Notes: generated by a model not told the origin, from the sequence alone. A DNA stretch of 64,000 nt from Escherichia coli (GCF_045037415.1 NZ_CP173438.1), one strand, 5' to 3'; positions 1 to 9,137 are shown, numbered from the stretch's first letter. Numbers and translations are program-made.

Positions 1-331
1 CAACCGTAAGAGCAATATCCTCGTTCTTCTGGTCGCGGCGTTTGATGTATTGCTGGTTTCTTTCCAGCTCATCCAGCAGCGCCAAGACGGTAGCCGGATT
101 GGCTGCAGCGATGAATTCAGCATTGGCCTGCTGTTCCATTTGGAAATCTTCATCGAAACCGCTTTCAGGATGCGCTCCTTCAATTCTGCAAATGGGAATA
201 TATCCAGCAGCCTCGCGATGAATTAGCGCATCATCACCATCAAATCGGCCCTCTCCATATTCGAGCGACCACTCACCACACGTTGCTTTCTCTGCCTTTT
301 CACGCAGTGCCTGATAGTCAATCTTGCTCAC
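1..331 (-). CDS. Ead/Ea22-like phage early protein, N-terminal part (gene continues beyond window start)
   Basis: Minus-strand ORF from GTG at 331 with GGAGG 7 nt upstream; translation VSKIDYQALREKAEKATCGEWSLEYGEG...NAEFIAAANPATVLALLDEL recalled as Ead/Ea22-like; no stop before window edge. Confidence 0.45.
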   Translation of the reverse strand, partial: MSKIDYQALREKAEKATCGEWSLEYGEGRFDGDDALIHREAAGYIPICRIEGAHPESGFDEDFQMEQQANAEFIAAANPATVLALLDELERNQQYIKRRDQKNEDIALTV

Positions 332-632
332 TGGTTGCCTCCTTTGCCGGGATTTCTAACTTTTGAGTGGTTGTATCAAATTCAAACAACTTAACCACGT
401 CATCAAACAGGACATAATCACCATCAGGATCTTCAGTCATATCTGCGCCACAATCCTGACCGCACGAGTCGCAACCATCCATATCAAGCTCGTATCGCTT
501 CAGGTTTGCGATATTTGATAAATTCAGCGCCAGTACAGCCAGGTCATAAACCTCTTCGGCAGTGACATCGCTGTTCAGTCCCATTTCATGGCGATATATG
601 ATTTTTTCTACTCGTTGTTTTGTGATCGTCAT
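318..632 (-). CDS. hypothetical phage protein with Cys-rich motif (CDSCGQDCG)
   Basis: ORF track 318..656; ATG at 632 (MTITKQR) preceded by GGAGTGAAG; TTG at 656 is a less likely start. Confidence 0.45.
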   Translation of the reverse strand: MTITKQRVEKIIYRHEMGLNSDVTAEEVYDLAVLALNLSNIANLKRYELDMDGCDSCGQDCGADMTEDPDGDYVLFDDVVKLFEFDTTTQKLEIPAKEATSEQD

Positions 633-903
633 TTTTCTCTTCACTCCGATATACAAGGATTACCACACCCCCTCTGCTGATTGCGCGAGCTGGATCCCCT
701 GGTTCCATGCCGTCAATTCCGAAGGCTTCGGAAAACGCATTCATTGCCTTCTGGCGTTCATCCTGCTTACGGCGTTTATTCCATTTTTTCAGGAACAACA
801 GCGACAGCCACCGTCCGCTGCAGAACACGATGTAAAAATAACCAAGGAGCGCCAGGCCGACATTCAGGGCCGTTTCTATGGTTAGTTGTGAGTCAGTTGC
901 CAT
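586..903 (-). CDS. hypothetical small membrane protein
   Basis: 105-aa ORF with one hydrophobic helix (LNVGLALLGYFYIVF) then basic tail; overlaps next gene by ~47 nt, so real extent uncertain. Confidence 0.3.
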   Translation of the reverse strand: MATDSQLTIETALNVGLALLGYFYIVFCSGRWLSLLFLKKWNKRRKQDERQKAMNAFSEAFGIDGMEPGDPARAISRGGVVILVYRSEEKNDDHKTTSRKNHISP

Positions 904-1141
904 TTCTTACCTGTTTAAGTAACTGGTTGAACATAACACTTAGGGGATTGCTGTATCCAAACGGCAGATTGTTTACGCAGTACAGAATCATTTTGTTTTT
1001 TTCTCCAGTTCGTACTATTAACCCATTCCACAATAACCGTGATAATTCATTACTGATAGAAGTTGCGCTTCTTCCAAGTGCGAGGGATATATCTTCTCTA
1101 CTGCAATCTGGATTTTCCTGGATATACTCGATAACGGTCAT
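893..1141 (-). CDS. hypothetical phage protein (possible winged-helix DNA binding)
   Basis: ORF track 893..1183; internal ATG at 1141 (MTVIEYIQENP) with AAGGGA upstream fits better than the overlapping 1183 start. Confidence 0.4.
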   Translation of the reverse strand: MTVIEYIQENPDCSREDISLALGRSATSISNELSRLLWNGLIVRTGEKNKMILYCVNNLPFGYSNPLSVMFNQLLKQVRNGN

Positions 1142-1151
1142 GTGGTCCCTT

Positions 1152-1733
1152 TTACTTAATATCTGTTTCGGATTGCATGCCATGAGTATTCATTTCGTTA
1201 ATAATTTCATCCAGAAGGATTTCAAGCCCTTCTCGACCCATATCTGAAAGAATGAAACCTTTATCAGGGGAAGTAGTGAGCATTTTCTGATAAAGAAACA
1301 GCGCTCTTCCCATTCCTTCAGCTTCGCCGTATTTTTGAATTAAATTCCATTCAATATACTGTTGTAAGGCAAATCGAATGGGGCCGGGATATATCGTCAT
1401 AAACCCATACATCCCGTTATATACCACGGCGTGTTCAGTTGTTCCGTGTTCATTCAGGATATCAATTGTGCCGTTCTTGTCTTCTTCTTCGTTGATGAAT
1501 GTCGTCACATACAACCATCGCCACTGAGCAACCTTCATCTCAACCGGAAGTTTACCCAGTAATCCTGCTTCGTCGGCTTGCGCCAGACACTGAAGGATAC
1601 GTAAACCTCGCACATTAGGAGTATCGAATTCTCCGGCATCCAGACGACGTATGGCGTCGTGATAATCAATCGTCATACTGCCAGTTCGTATACCATTGGC
1701 TGTTGCTTCAGCCTGGAATTCATCGTATTGCAT
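1152..1733 (-). CDS. hypothetical phage early protein (193 aa)
   Basis: Long ORF in co-directional early-left cluster; no family recognised. Confidence 0.5.
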   Translation of the reverse strand: MQYDEFQAEATANGIRTGSMTIDYHDAIRRLDAGEFDTPNVRGLRILQCLAQADEAGLLGKLPVEMKVAQWRWLYVTTFINEEEDKNGTIDILNEHGTTEHAVVYNGMYGFMTIYPGPIRFALQQYIEWNLIQKYGEAEGMGRALFLYQKMLTTSPDKGFILSDMGREGLEILLDEIINEMNTHGMQSETDIK

Positions 1734-1738
1734 GATAT

Positions 1739-1921
1739 TTATTCCTCATCTTCATCTGCTGGTGCAATAACGTCATATCCTGCCTTTTCTGCAATAAACA
1801 GGAATGTTGAAAGAGTTCCTACAAGTTCATCGTCATGAACATGGCGAATGAATATTACTTTCCCGTTTTTGATGGTCAGCAATACTCTGGTTTGTTCGTG
1901 TTCTGCTGTTTTCTGATGCAT
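1739..1921 (-). CDS. hypothetical small protein (60 aa)
   Basis: Short ORF packed 5 nt upstream of 1152..1733 on same strand. Confidence 0.35.
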   Translation of the reverse strand: MHQKTAEHEQTRVLLTIKNGKVIFIRHVHDDELVGTLSTFLFIAEKAGYDVIAPADEDEE

Positions 1922-2115
1922 TATTATCTCCCGTATGCTTTACGCAGAAATAAGCAGGCAATATGCATGTAATTTTCACCGTATTGTGCAATAAGGCAGG
2001 CGGTCTTGTGTGATGCCATATTCTTTATAAAAGTCACAATAAAGCCTCCTGTGGATTAAGGTTGTAACAATCCCCGGCGATAAAACCGCAATAAACGTTC
2101 AGGGCATATTTGTTG

Positions 2116-2481
2116 TTATTGCGCTAATTCTTTTTCGGCAGCAGCTTTTGTATACTCACATGCAAAATTCAGAATTTCGCTGCCGAGTGTTTTCGTTTCG
2201 TGATTACTGGACATATGTAATACCTGTGTTGCATGCAATAAATGATAAACATTTACCGCAAATGAATCAGGCTCCAGGCAAATGCCTTCGTAATTATCTT
2301 GCTGTGAGGTTGTTTCTGTCATTGCTCCTGAAGTGCATACGAGCCTGTTTTTGACAATTCTCTTTTCTCTAATCACTATATCGGCAACATCTATTGCCTT
2401 TACAACCTCCGGGAGAAGTTCCGGGTTTGTATAATCAAAGTCATCAACATGGAGAACAGTTATGTTTTCGAACTTTTTCAT
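2116..2481 (-). CDS. hypothetical phage early protein (121 aa)
   Basis: ORF in early-left operon; no family recognised. Confidence 0.45.
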   Translation of the reverse strand: MKKFENITVLHVDDFDYTNPELLPEVVKAIDVADIVIREKRIVKNRLVCTSGAMTETTSQQDNYEGICLEPDSFAVNVYHLLHATQVLHMSSNHETKTLGSEILNFACEYTKAAAEKELAQ

Positions 2482-2609
2482 GGTTTCCTCAGCTGACTTA
2501 TATGTTCTGCTATATAGCGAGTCTCAGAAGTGTTTTCATATTAAGACTGTTTCCGCAATGATTGATAAAAATGTTCGCATGTACCTTGAGGGGCGAAGCG
2601 GCGATTATG

Positions 2610-3113
2610 TCACCATTGGTATTGGTTCTTCCGTAGAAGAGCTTCGCGAGATAAGGGGCAAACTTGTTGAGATGCGTCATGGTGTTGCTGCTCCTCACTT
2701 TTTGGTTGCTCCGGAGGAGTAACCTCACCAGTTAACAGCCACATCGCATCGCAGCCAAGAATATTTGCCAGTGGGATAAGCATACTGATAGTTGGTTCAT
2801 ACTCTCCGCTCTCCCACTGGATGATAATTTCTTCATCGAGATCGAGCAGCCTGGCGAGTTCGGCGGTTGTTAAGCCGCAGGCTTCGCGTTGGGTGCGAAG
2901 ACGGTTGTTGATTGCAGAATTTTTGTTCTGTAAAAGCATTGCTGACGATAGCTTTCTGGATATGCTATTTGTCATATCCCATGCCAGTCCTGCGCATGAC
3001 TCTATATCGCTAGAGAGCGTAGCATCAGGTGTTGCTTTTGCTATTAGTGTAATGAGGCTGCCGAGGTTTTTCAGTTCTTCGAGACAGTCAAGAGTTGTAG
3101 CTTTATTGATCAT
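2610..3113 (-). CDS. HTH (XRE/Cro-C1-type) domain protein, first gene leftward of cI operator repeats
   Basis: 167-aa ORF; ATG at 3113 with GAGG 7 nt upstream; residues ~68-128 (LRTQREACGLTTAELARLLDLDEEIIIQWESGEYEPTISMLIPLANILGCD) look like a classic HTH_XRE fold. Confidence 0.55.
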   Translation of the reverse strand: MINKATTLDCLEELKNLGSLITLIAKATPDATLSSDIESCAGLAWDMTNSISRKLSSAMLLQNKNSAINNRLRTQREACGLTTAELARLLDLDEEIIIQWESGEYEPTISMLIPLANILGCDAMWLLTGEVTPPEQPKSEEQQHHDASQQVCPLSREALLRKNQYQW

Positions 3114-3139
3114 GAGATGATACCTCAGTTACGAACTTT

Positions 3140-3200
3140 GTTTTATGGTAACTAAGGTATCAAGGTGTGGCAAGTGATTTTTGATACTTTGGTTTCTTTT
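3140..3200. promoter_or_regulatory. candidate left operator/promoter (oL-like) repeats
   Basis: GATACTTTG half-site (3187-3195) and GGTATCAAGG (3151-3160) between cI stop and next leftward gene; same half-site recurs right of cI. Confidence 0.3.
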
Positions 3201-3216
3201 TGTGTTTTGTTTCTGG

Positions 3217-3873
3217 TCAGAAAATATCCCACCTGGCATCAACCACAACACCTACTATTTCGCAATCATTGTCCATTTCTATGATTGGATATTGTGGATT
3301 AAGGGGCTTTAGAAACGCCTTTCCCATGTCAGAAATATATTTTTTGAATGTTGCTTCATTGGTAGATTTTTTTCTGGCGATGACGTAACACCCTGAAAAA
3401 ACTTCTTTATCTGGGTTGACAAGGATCGACATTCCTTCAGGAAATGTTATTCCTACGGGCGAAGTCATTGAGTCTCCGTGCACTTCCAGCCAGAACCCCC
3501 TCTCACCAGCGTATTTTACAGAATGCCTCCAATTATCCTGATCATACATGTTGTAGTCATCACCAGAAGTTGCGAATAATCCTGCCTGAACCCAGTTAAT
3601 TACAGGGTAAGAGTGTGCTGTGTCTCTCTGTGGGCAGCTCTTAACATTATTTTCCCAATGCTTATCTTTTTCATCTCCGTTCTGAAGCCACTGCGGTGAA
3701 CACCGCAGTGCAGCTGCAACTTTAAAAAGGGTGTCACCGTTGAAACTTTTTGTAAGGCCTTGCTCGGCTTTACTGATTGCAACTCTGGTGATCCCAGCTT
3801 TTTTAGCCAACGCATCTTGTGTTAACCCAGCTTTTTGCCGTGCGTTGATGAGACGTTCACCTAAAGACTTCAT
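3217..3873 (-). CDS. cI: CI-type prophage repressor (HTH + LexA-like S24 autopeptidase domain)
   Basis: MKSLGERLINARQKAGLTQDALAKKAG HTH; Ala-Gly cleavage site (VQAGLF); GDSM serine and FKKY lysine; C-terminus FLKPLNPQYPII closely resembles lambda CI; GAGGAG RBS before ATG at 3873. Confidence 0.9.
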   Translation of the reverse strand: MKSLGERLINARQKAGLTQDALAKKAGITRVAISKAEQGLTKSFNGDTLFKVAAALRCSPQWLQNGDEKDKHWENNVKSCPQRDTAHSYPVINWVQAGLFATSGDDYNMYDQDNWRHSVKYAGERGFWLEVHGDSMTSPVGITFPEGMSILVNPDKEVFSGCYVIARKKSTNEATFKKYISDMGKAFLKPLNPQYPIIEMDNDCEIVGVVVDARWDIF

Positions 3874-3889
3874 TTTTCTTCTCCTCTCA

Positions 3890-3975
3890 TGGCTGTTGAT
3901 ACTAAAGTAACAGAATTTCTTGATACTTTGGATTCCTGTGGTTAACATCGTTGAATAACAAAGTATCTGGTGTGA
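3890..3975. promoter_or_regulatory. candidate right operator/promoter region (oR-like)
   Basis: Three copies of GATACT(A/T)(A/T)(A/T)G or its complement (3899-3907, 3923-3931, 3960-3968) in the divergent region between cI and the rightward genes. Confidence 0.35.
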
Positions 3976-3984
3976 GACTAAAGA

Positions 3985-4212
3985 ATGACCCTTTATGAAA
4001 TATTAAAAATTCAATTTAAAACCAATGCCGCTATTGGTCGCAGGTTCCCAAAGAAAGGAAGGCCTCGTGGCAGTCAAGGTGTTGGAAAGTGGAAAACGCG
4101 AGGTGTTCCGGAGGATGTTGCCATTCTTTGTCATCTGGATCCGAGCATTCCATATACACACCCAAGTCTAGCGAATACAGAAGATGACAAGCCCACAGGA
4201 GACCAACAATGA
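3985..4212 (+). CDS. small basic protein in the Cro position (not recognisably Cro)
   Basis: 75-aa ORF starting right after the operator repeats; very basic (GRRFPKKGRPRGSQGVGKWKTRG); no HTH recognised; stop overlaps next start. Confidence 0.3.
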   Translation: MTLYEILKIQFKTNAAIGRRFPKKGRPRGSQGVGKWKTRGVPEDVAILCHLDPSIPYTHPSLANTEDDKPTGDQQ

Positions 4213-4916
4213 ACACCGCAATTTTTAACGGCAAAGCATCCATGACCAGCGTTGAGATCGCAGAGCTGGTGGGAAGCCGACCAGATAGTGTTAAGAGAAC
4301 TATTGAAACACTGGCTAAAAAGGGAATCATCCAATTTCCACAGACTGTGGAAATTGAGAATAAACAATCACTTGGGCCTCGCCGATTTTCTAGCGCGTAT
4401 GTATTCGAAGGTGAACGAGGTAAGCGCGACAGCATCATTGTCGTCGCACAGCTCTGTCCTGAATTCACAGCTCGCCTGGTAGATCGCTGGCGCGAACTGG
4501 AAGAACAGATCCGTAAGCCAATGAGCGAAATCGAAATGGTTGCCGCGATGGCTCTTGAAGCCGTTCGCCAACAGAAACGGATCACTCAGGTGGAAGAAAA
4601 AGTCAGCCACGTTGCTGAAACAGTCGAGCAAATTAAAAAGGGCACTATTCGTGAGGGCTATGCCGGATATCGCCAACTGAAAGCAAAAACCGGTTTGTCA
4701 GATGATAAATGCCGCAATCTGGTGAACGCCTATCAAATTCCTACAGACACACATGAGTTCATGACGCCGGACGGATTGTTGTCACGTCGCGCAATTGTTG
4801 CTGTGGAACCGTTTATGGCTGCTTTTTATCGGGTTATGGAGGAAGCAGAACCGCGAGGGACTCGCTGGTATCACCCGAAAATGGGGTTATTTCAGGTTAT
4901 TGGTTGGCAGCGGTGA
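4209..4916 (+). CDS. phage regulatory protein, Rha-like N-terminal region
   Basis: 235-aa ORF; MTSVEIAELVGSRPDSVKRTIETLAKKG resembles the Rha-domain HTH pattern seen in the ORF at 5685. Confidence 0.45.
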   Translation: MNTAIFNGKASMTSVEIAELVGSRPDSVKRTIETLAKKGIIQFPQTVEIENKQSLGPRRFSSAYVFEGERGKRDSIIVVAQLCPEFTARLVDRWRELEEQIRKPMSEIEMVAAMALEAVRQQKRITQVEEKVSHVAETVEQIKKGTIREGYAGYRQLKAKTGLSDDKCRNLVNAYQIPTDTHEFMTPDGLLSRRAIVAVEPFMAAFYRVMEEAEPRGTRWYHPKMGLFQVIGWQR

Positions 4917-5024
4917 AAAAAAGCCGGGAGTAACCCGGCTCACTCAACATCAATAACGGGGAGCTGTTTCGCATAAAACGGCTCCGAAACATCCAAGAAC
5001 AGTTCTAAAGATATCAGCAGCTAT

Positions 5025-5688
5025 ATGATCATTTCAAGACCAAATATTGATTCTGCAATTTCGGGACGTTACACTGTCTCCGCACCTTATAAAGCGGGTG
5101 CCGGGATTGGCGTCCTGAAATTGTCAACGGCGATGTATGACGCGCCAGCGTCTTTTTTATCGTCCGCATTTGCTCACATCCAGATTATGGTGGGCTGGGC
5201 GGGGGCACCGAAAGGTGCGCCGGTTCTCCGTTGACGCCGGTTACGCCAACCCCGTCCAGTTCACCACCAGTGAAATTGGCGTTTCCGGTGGTGGAAGTTT
5301 TTCACTGTCAACGGAGGCTGCCATCATGGCTACTGTCCTAACTTCCCCATTCCTAAAAATCGAAGTCGTCAACGGCAAGGCCGTTATTTTCTCCCTGCAT
5401 GTTGCCTGCCATTTCAAGCGCATGCACCAGAACATCGTTGACAAAATCGAGTATCTGAACTGCTCACGCGAGTTTTTTACCCGCAATTTCATACCGGGTA
5501 CTTATCACATCTACGGTGACTCCCTGCGTGGTTATTACATCACCCTTGATGGTCTGATGATGCTTCAGCTTGGGTTAAGTCTGCGCACAATGCGGTACTA
5601 CGAGAGCTGTATTGAAGCATTCCATGAGGCTGAAACCGTCCAGGGTCACTCCGCGTTCCGTCGTAATCAACGGGAGGTGCACCTATGA
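5025..5688 (+). pseudogene. Rha-family paralog, copy A, frameshifted between N-terminal extension and Rha domain
   Basis: 5025..5234 and 5137..5688 are in different frames; together they parallel the single 283-aa ORF at 5685 (shared IDSAI.GRYT..APYKAGAG start, Rha-like VNGKAVIFSLHVACHFKRMHQNIVDKI body); net +1 indel ~5180-5235. Confidence 0.4.
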
Positions 5689-6536
5689 TCCGCCACCAGC
5701 ATATTGATTCTGCAATTCCGGGACGTTACACTGCTCAGGCACCTTATAAAGCGGGTGCCGGGCGTGGAAACCCGAAATTCAATATAGAGCACAACCGCGC
5801 TCATGCGGTTTTTTCGTGTCATGAGCATCGTTACACCCAAATTATGGTGGGGCGTGCAGGGCCAACTTCGGTTGGGCCGGGTTCTATGTTGACCGGTATT
5901 TCCACCCCTGTACGTCTCACCACCTATATGGTCGTGGAAAGCCTTGGTGGTGAGTTCATTGAATTCAACATAGGGGCTGTCACCATGACTACTCTCCCAA
6001 CCCAATCTCACCCTGAAATCACGATTATCAATGGTCGCGTTGTCACCACATCTCTTGCAGTAGCTAATTACTTTACTAAACGGCATGAGCGGGTTTTAGA
6101 TAGAATTAGAAACCTCGAATGTTCCGCTGAATTTACTGAACACAATTTTGTGTTAAGTGAATACACCGACGCATCAGGCCGCAAACTCCCTTGTTACCAA
6201 ATCACCCGCGACGGTTTTGCGTTTCTTGCCATGGGCTTCACTGGTAAACGTGCTGCCCAGTTCAAAGAGGCATACATCAACGCCTTTAACCTGATGGAGA
6301 AGAGTTTATCAGGTGCCGATGCGTCTGATATGTCAGCTGTCGCACGAAACGCCAGAGGCGTATACCTGCATTTGCGTGAAATCCATCAAATCTGGACAAG
6401 CCAGCTTTATCCAATGCTTAAGGCCGTTGAATCTCCGCTGGCTAGCAAACTGTACGACCGTGTTGGTGATGCTGTTTTTGGCGCTGCACTTGTTGATTCC
6501 AGGCTGAATGGTTCTGACAAGGAGGTTCGCCCATGA
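5685..6536 (+). CDS. phage regulatory protein Rha (copy B)
   Basis: INGRVVTTSLAVANYFTKRHERVLDRIRNLECSAEF...YQITRDGFAFLAMGFTGKRAAQFKEAYINAFNLME matches the Rha-domain pattern; GGAGGTG RBS before ATG; the ~100-aa N-terminal extension may not be coding. Confidence 0.65.
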   Translation: MIRHQHIDSAIPGRYTAQAPYKAGAGRGNPKFNIEHNRAHAVFSCHEHRYTQIMVGRAGPTSVGPGSMLTGISTPVRLTTYMVVESLGGEFIEFNIGAVTMTTLPTQSHPEITIINGRVVTTSLAVANYFTKRHERVLDRIRNLECSAEFTEHNFVLSEYTDASGRKLPCYQITRDGFAFLAMGFTGKRAAQFKEAYINAFNLMEKSLSGADASDMSAVARNARGVYLHLREIHQIWTSQLYPMLKAVESPLASKLYDRVGDAVFGAALVDSRLNGSDKEVRP

Positions 6537-6727
6537 TTAGTTACGAAATCATCATCTCCACTACGGAATACAGAAACGATGTATCAGTTCGCACGGATGT
6601 ATCTGTCTGGCACCGTCGCTATAAATCCAGAAAAACAGCGGAACTGAAAGCGGCAGAGATGTGTGAAACCATCTCAATGAAAGGTAGCCCGGTTAAATAC
6701 GTAACTACGGCGGAGGTGCGTCCATGA
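6533..6727 (+). CDS. hypothetical protein (64 aa)
   Basis: ATGA stop/start overlap with previous gene; part of tightly coupled rightward early operon. Confidence 0.4.
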   Translation: MISYEIIISTTEYRNDVSVRTDVSVWHRRYKSRKTAELKAAEMCETISMKGSPVKYVTTAEVRP

Positions 6728-6948
6728 TCCGCCACATCGTTAATTCCCTGTATCACCGATACAACCGTTGCCCCCGTGTGGGGCAGTGGTTCGCCACCAG
6801 CAACGGTCACGTTCTGCGGGTTTGCCTAGTCAACGCTGAAAGCCAGAAAGTCGTGTGCGAACTACAGGGGCGTAGCTACACCATCAGTTACCCTCTGGCG
6901 GTATTTCTGTCTGGAAAAATGTTTAAGCGTCTGGGAGGTGTGGCGTGA
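6724..6948 (+). CDS. hypothetical protein (74 aa)
   Basis: Start context GGAGGTGCGTCCATGATCCGCCAC repeats the junction in front of the 5685 ORF; overlaps neighbours by 4 nt. Confidence 0.4.
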   Translation: MIRHIVNSLYHRYNRCPRVGQWFATSNGHVLRVCLVNAESQKVVCELQGRSYTISYPLAVFLSGKMFKRLGGVA

Positions 6949-7244
6949 ACTGTTTTCAGTTTGTGTGCGGATGTGCTTTCGATAACCCGATTCAGCGCCT
7001 AATTATGTTGCGTGTTTTGATGTCGGGTTCTTCAGACGGTGAAGGCGAGAGAGTTATTGATCATCAGGTGCTTGCTGATTTCTGCTGTTGTTCTAAGCAA
7101 GCGATATTCAGGGAAACCCTGGCACTGGAAAGAGCTGGTTATCTTCATATCCGAAAAATTGCAACGCTTACTATTGATGCAAAAGCCAGACTACAACCTG
7201 CGCGTGGCTACACAATTCTCATGCCGCGGAAGGAGGTTGTATGA
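6945..7244 (+). CDS. hypothetical protein (99 aa), possible DNA-binding
   Basis: Translationally coupled ORF directly upstream of replication gene. Confidence 0.4.
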   Translation: MNCFQFVCGCAFDNPIQRLIMLRVLMSGSSDGEGERVIDHQVLADFCCCSKQAIFRETLALERAGYLHIRKIATLTIDAKARLQPARGYTILMPRKEVV

Positions 7245-8227
7245 GCCGTTACGCCCCCACACCGGAAGTTATGGCTATTGGTCAAATTAATATTTCCGGC
7301 AATGTTACACCTGCGAACTGGTGGAAATATATTCGACTACCCAGTGGGCGTCCGGATGCGACGGCTATCGCTCTGCTTTCAGAGATCGTTTACTGGTACC
7401 GCCCGACAGAGGTCAGGGATGAGCACACCGGAGCGTTGCTGGGATATCGCAAGCGTTTTCAGGGCGACAAACTGCAAAGAAGCTACCAGGCGTTTGCTGA
7501 GCAGTTTGGTTTCGGGAAAAGGGAAACCGCAGATGCGCTGAAGCGTCTGCGCGATGCAGGGTTTATTACTCTGGATTTACGCACGGTGGAAATGCTCGAT
7601 GGGGTGAAATGCAGCAATATTTTGTTTGTCGGGATCAACCCACAGGCAATTGCGGCCATCACCACACCTTCTTCTGTTTCGCCAGAAAGTAACAGCAATA
7701 ATGCAATCAGCGATACAGCTATTACGTTAAAACGGAACACCCCCCGACGTCATAACGGAACAGGGGATACGCCGAATGTTGATACAAATACAGAGATTAC
7801 TACAGAGATTACAACGGAGACTAAAAACACTATTGATGCATCCGCTGACGCGTCTGCGCGTTCTGCCCGACAGGAATATTCACCGGAATTTGAACAGGCC
7901 TGGCAGGAATATCCCAAACGTGCTGGTGGCAATTCCAAGTCAGCAGCCTTCAAAGCCTGGAAAGCCCGTATCAGGGAGGGAATAAAACCGGAGACCATGC
8001 TTGATGGCGTGAAGCGGTATGCCGCCTGGGTACGTGCTACAGGAAATACCGGCACACAGTTCGTGAAGCAGGCTGCGACGTTCTTTGGACCCGATCGTCA
8101 CTTCGAAGATTACTGGCAACAGCCAGCCGCTCACGGAGGTGGGCGACAGCGACAGGTCGATGTCCTGGCTGGCCTGGGAGCCATGTCTGACAAATTCGGT
8201 AAATCCAGTAACAAATTGACATTCTGA
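7241..8227 (+). CDS. phage replication initiation protein (O-like; conserved phage replication C-terminal domain)
   Basis: Position before DnaC-like gene; C-terminal EYSPEFEQAWQEYPKRAGGNSKSAAFKAWKARI...GTQFVKQAATFF recalled as a conserved phage replication-protein C-terminus; short direct repeats in mid-gene. Confidence 0.6.
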   Translation: MSRYAPTPEVMAIGQINISGNVTPANWWKYIRLPSGRPDATAIALLSEIVYWYRPTEVRDEHTGALLGYRKRFQGDKLQRSYQAFAEQFGFGKRETADALKRLRDAGFITLDLRTVEMLDGVKCSNILFVGINPQAIAAITTPSSVSPESNSNNAISDTAITLKRNTPRRHNGTGDTPNVDTNTEITTEITTETKNTIDASADASARSARQEYSPEFEQAWQEYPKRAGGNSKSAAFKAWKARIREGIKPETMLDGVKRYAAWVRATGNTGTQFVKQAATFFGPDRHFEDYWQQPAAHGGGRQRQVDVLAGLGAMSDKFGKSSNKLTF

Positions 8228-8228
8228 G

Positions 8229-9137
8229 GTGACAGCGATGATGACGATTGACCAACGTGAGAAACAAACAAGACTACAGGCGCGAATGGATGAGTTACGG
8301 GCAGAAATGGATGAGTTACGGGCAGAGATTGCATTTGCTCAGAAGGGCGAAAAGCCATGGCCTTATCGTTCCTGCCTGATGCGTGAAGGTCGCGGATATT
8401 GCGAAAAACACGGTAAATATCGTACGCATATACTGGTGTGGATCGATCGTAATGGCGAGGACAGAGAAAAAATTTCATGCTGCCCTGACTGCTTGATCGC
8501 TGAGGCCAGTGATTTGACCATGGAACTGTCGTCCCTCAAGGCGGAAGAACTGACTGATAACGCCGGAATTGCTCTGCGTTTTCGGGACTGCGAGTTTGAT
8601 AATTATCTGGAGGTTAATCCTGACGCAGCCAGAAATCTTGCGGCCTGTCGCCGCTATGCGGAGAACTGGCCAGATATGCTGGAGAACGGTACCAGTCTTG
8701 TTATGACCGGCAGTTGCGGTACCGGGAAAAATCATCTGGCGGTATCAATGGCAAAACACATCATCCGTAACTATCTGGCCAGTGTGGAGATCACCGACGT
8801 GATGCGCCTTACCCGGGCTGTGAAAAACTGCTGGCGGAATGACAGTGAAAAAACAGCGGATGACGTCATTGAGCATTATGCGTCACTGGATTTGCTGATT
8901 GTCGACGAAGTCGGCGTTCAGTTTGGCAGTGCGGCTGAAATGGCCATTTTGCAGGAAATTATCAATGCCCGGTATGAGGGTATTTTGCCAACTATCCTGA
9001 TCAGCAACCTTTCACCGGAAGAATTGTGGGCGTTCATCAGTCCCCGGATTGCCGACAGGATCACCGATGGCGGGCGCAACTGGTTGTCGTTTAACTGGCC
9101 CAGCTACCGTTCTCGTATCGGAGGTGTTGCCGCATGA
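8229..9137 (+). CDS. DnaC-like helicase loader (IstB-type AAA+ ATPase)
   Basis: Walker A GSCGTGKNHLA, Walker B LLIVDEVG, C-terminal FNWPSYRSR closely resembling E. coli DnaC. Confidence 0.85.
   Translation: MTAMMTIDQREKQTRLQARMDELRAEMDELRAEIAFAQKGEKPWPYRSCLMREGRGYCEKHGKYRTHILVWIDRNGEDREKISCCPDCLIAEASDLTMELSSLKAEELTDNAGIALRFRDCEFDNYLEVNPDAARNLAACRRYAENWPDMLENGTSLVMTGSCGTGKNHLAVSMAKHIIRNYLASVEITDVMRLTRAVKNCWRNDSEKTADDVIEHYASLDLLIVDEVGVQFGSAAEMAILQEIINARYEGILPTILISNLSPEELWAFISPRIADRITDGGRNWLSFNWPSYRSRIGGVAA

Noticed and set aside
3600-3815. 71-aa minus-strand ORF nested in cI in another frame
   Set aside because: Fully inside the CI coding region, no RBS; out-of-frame artefact.
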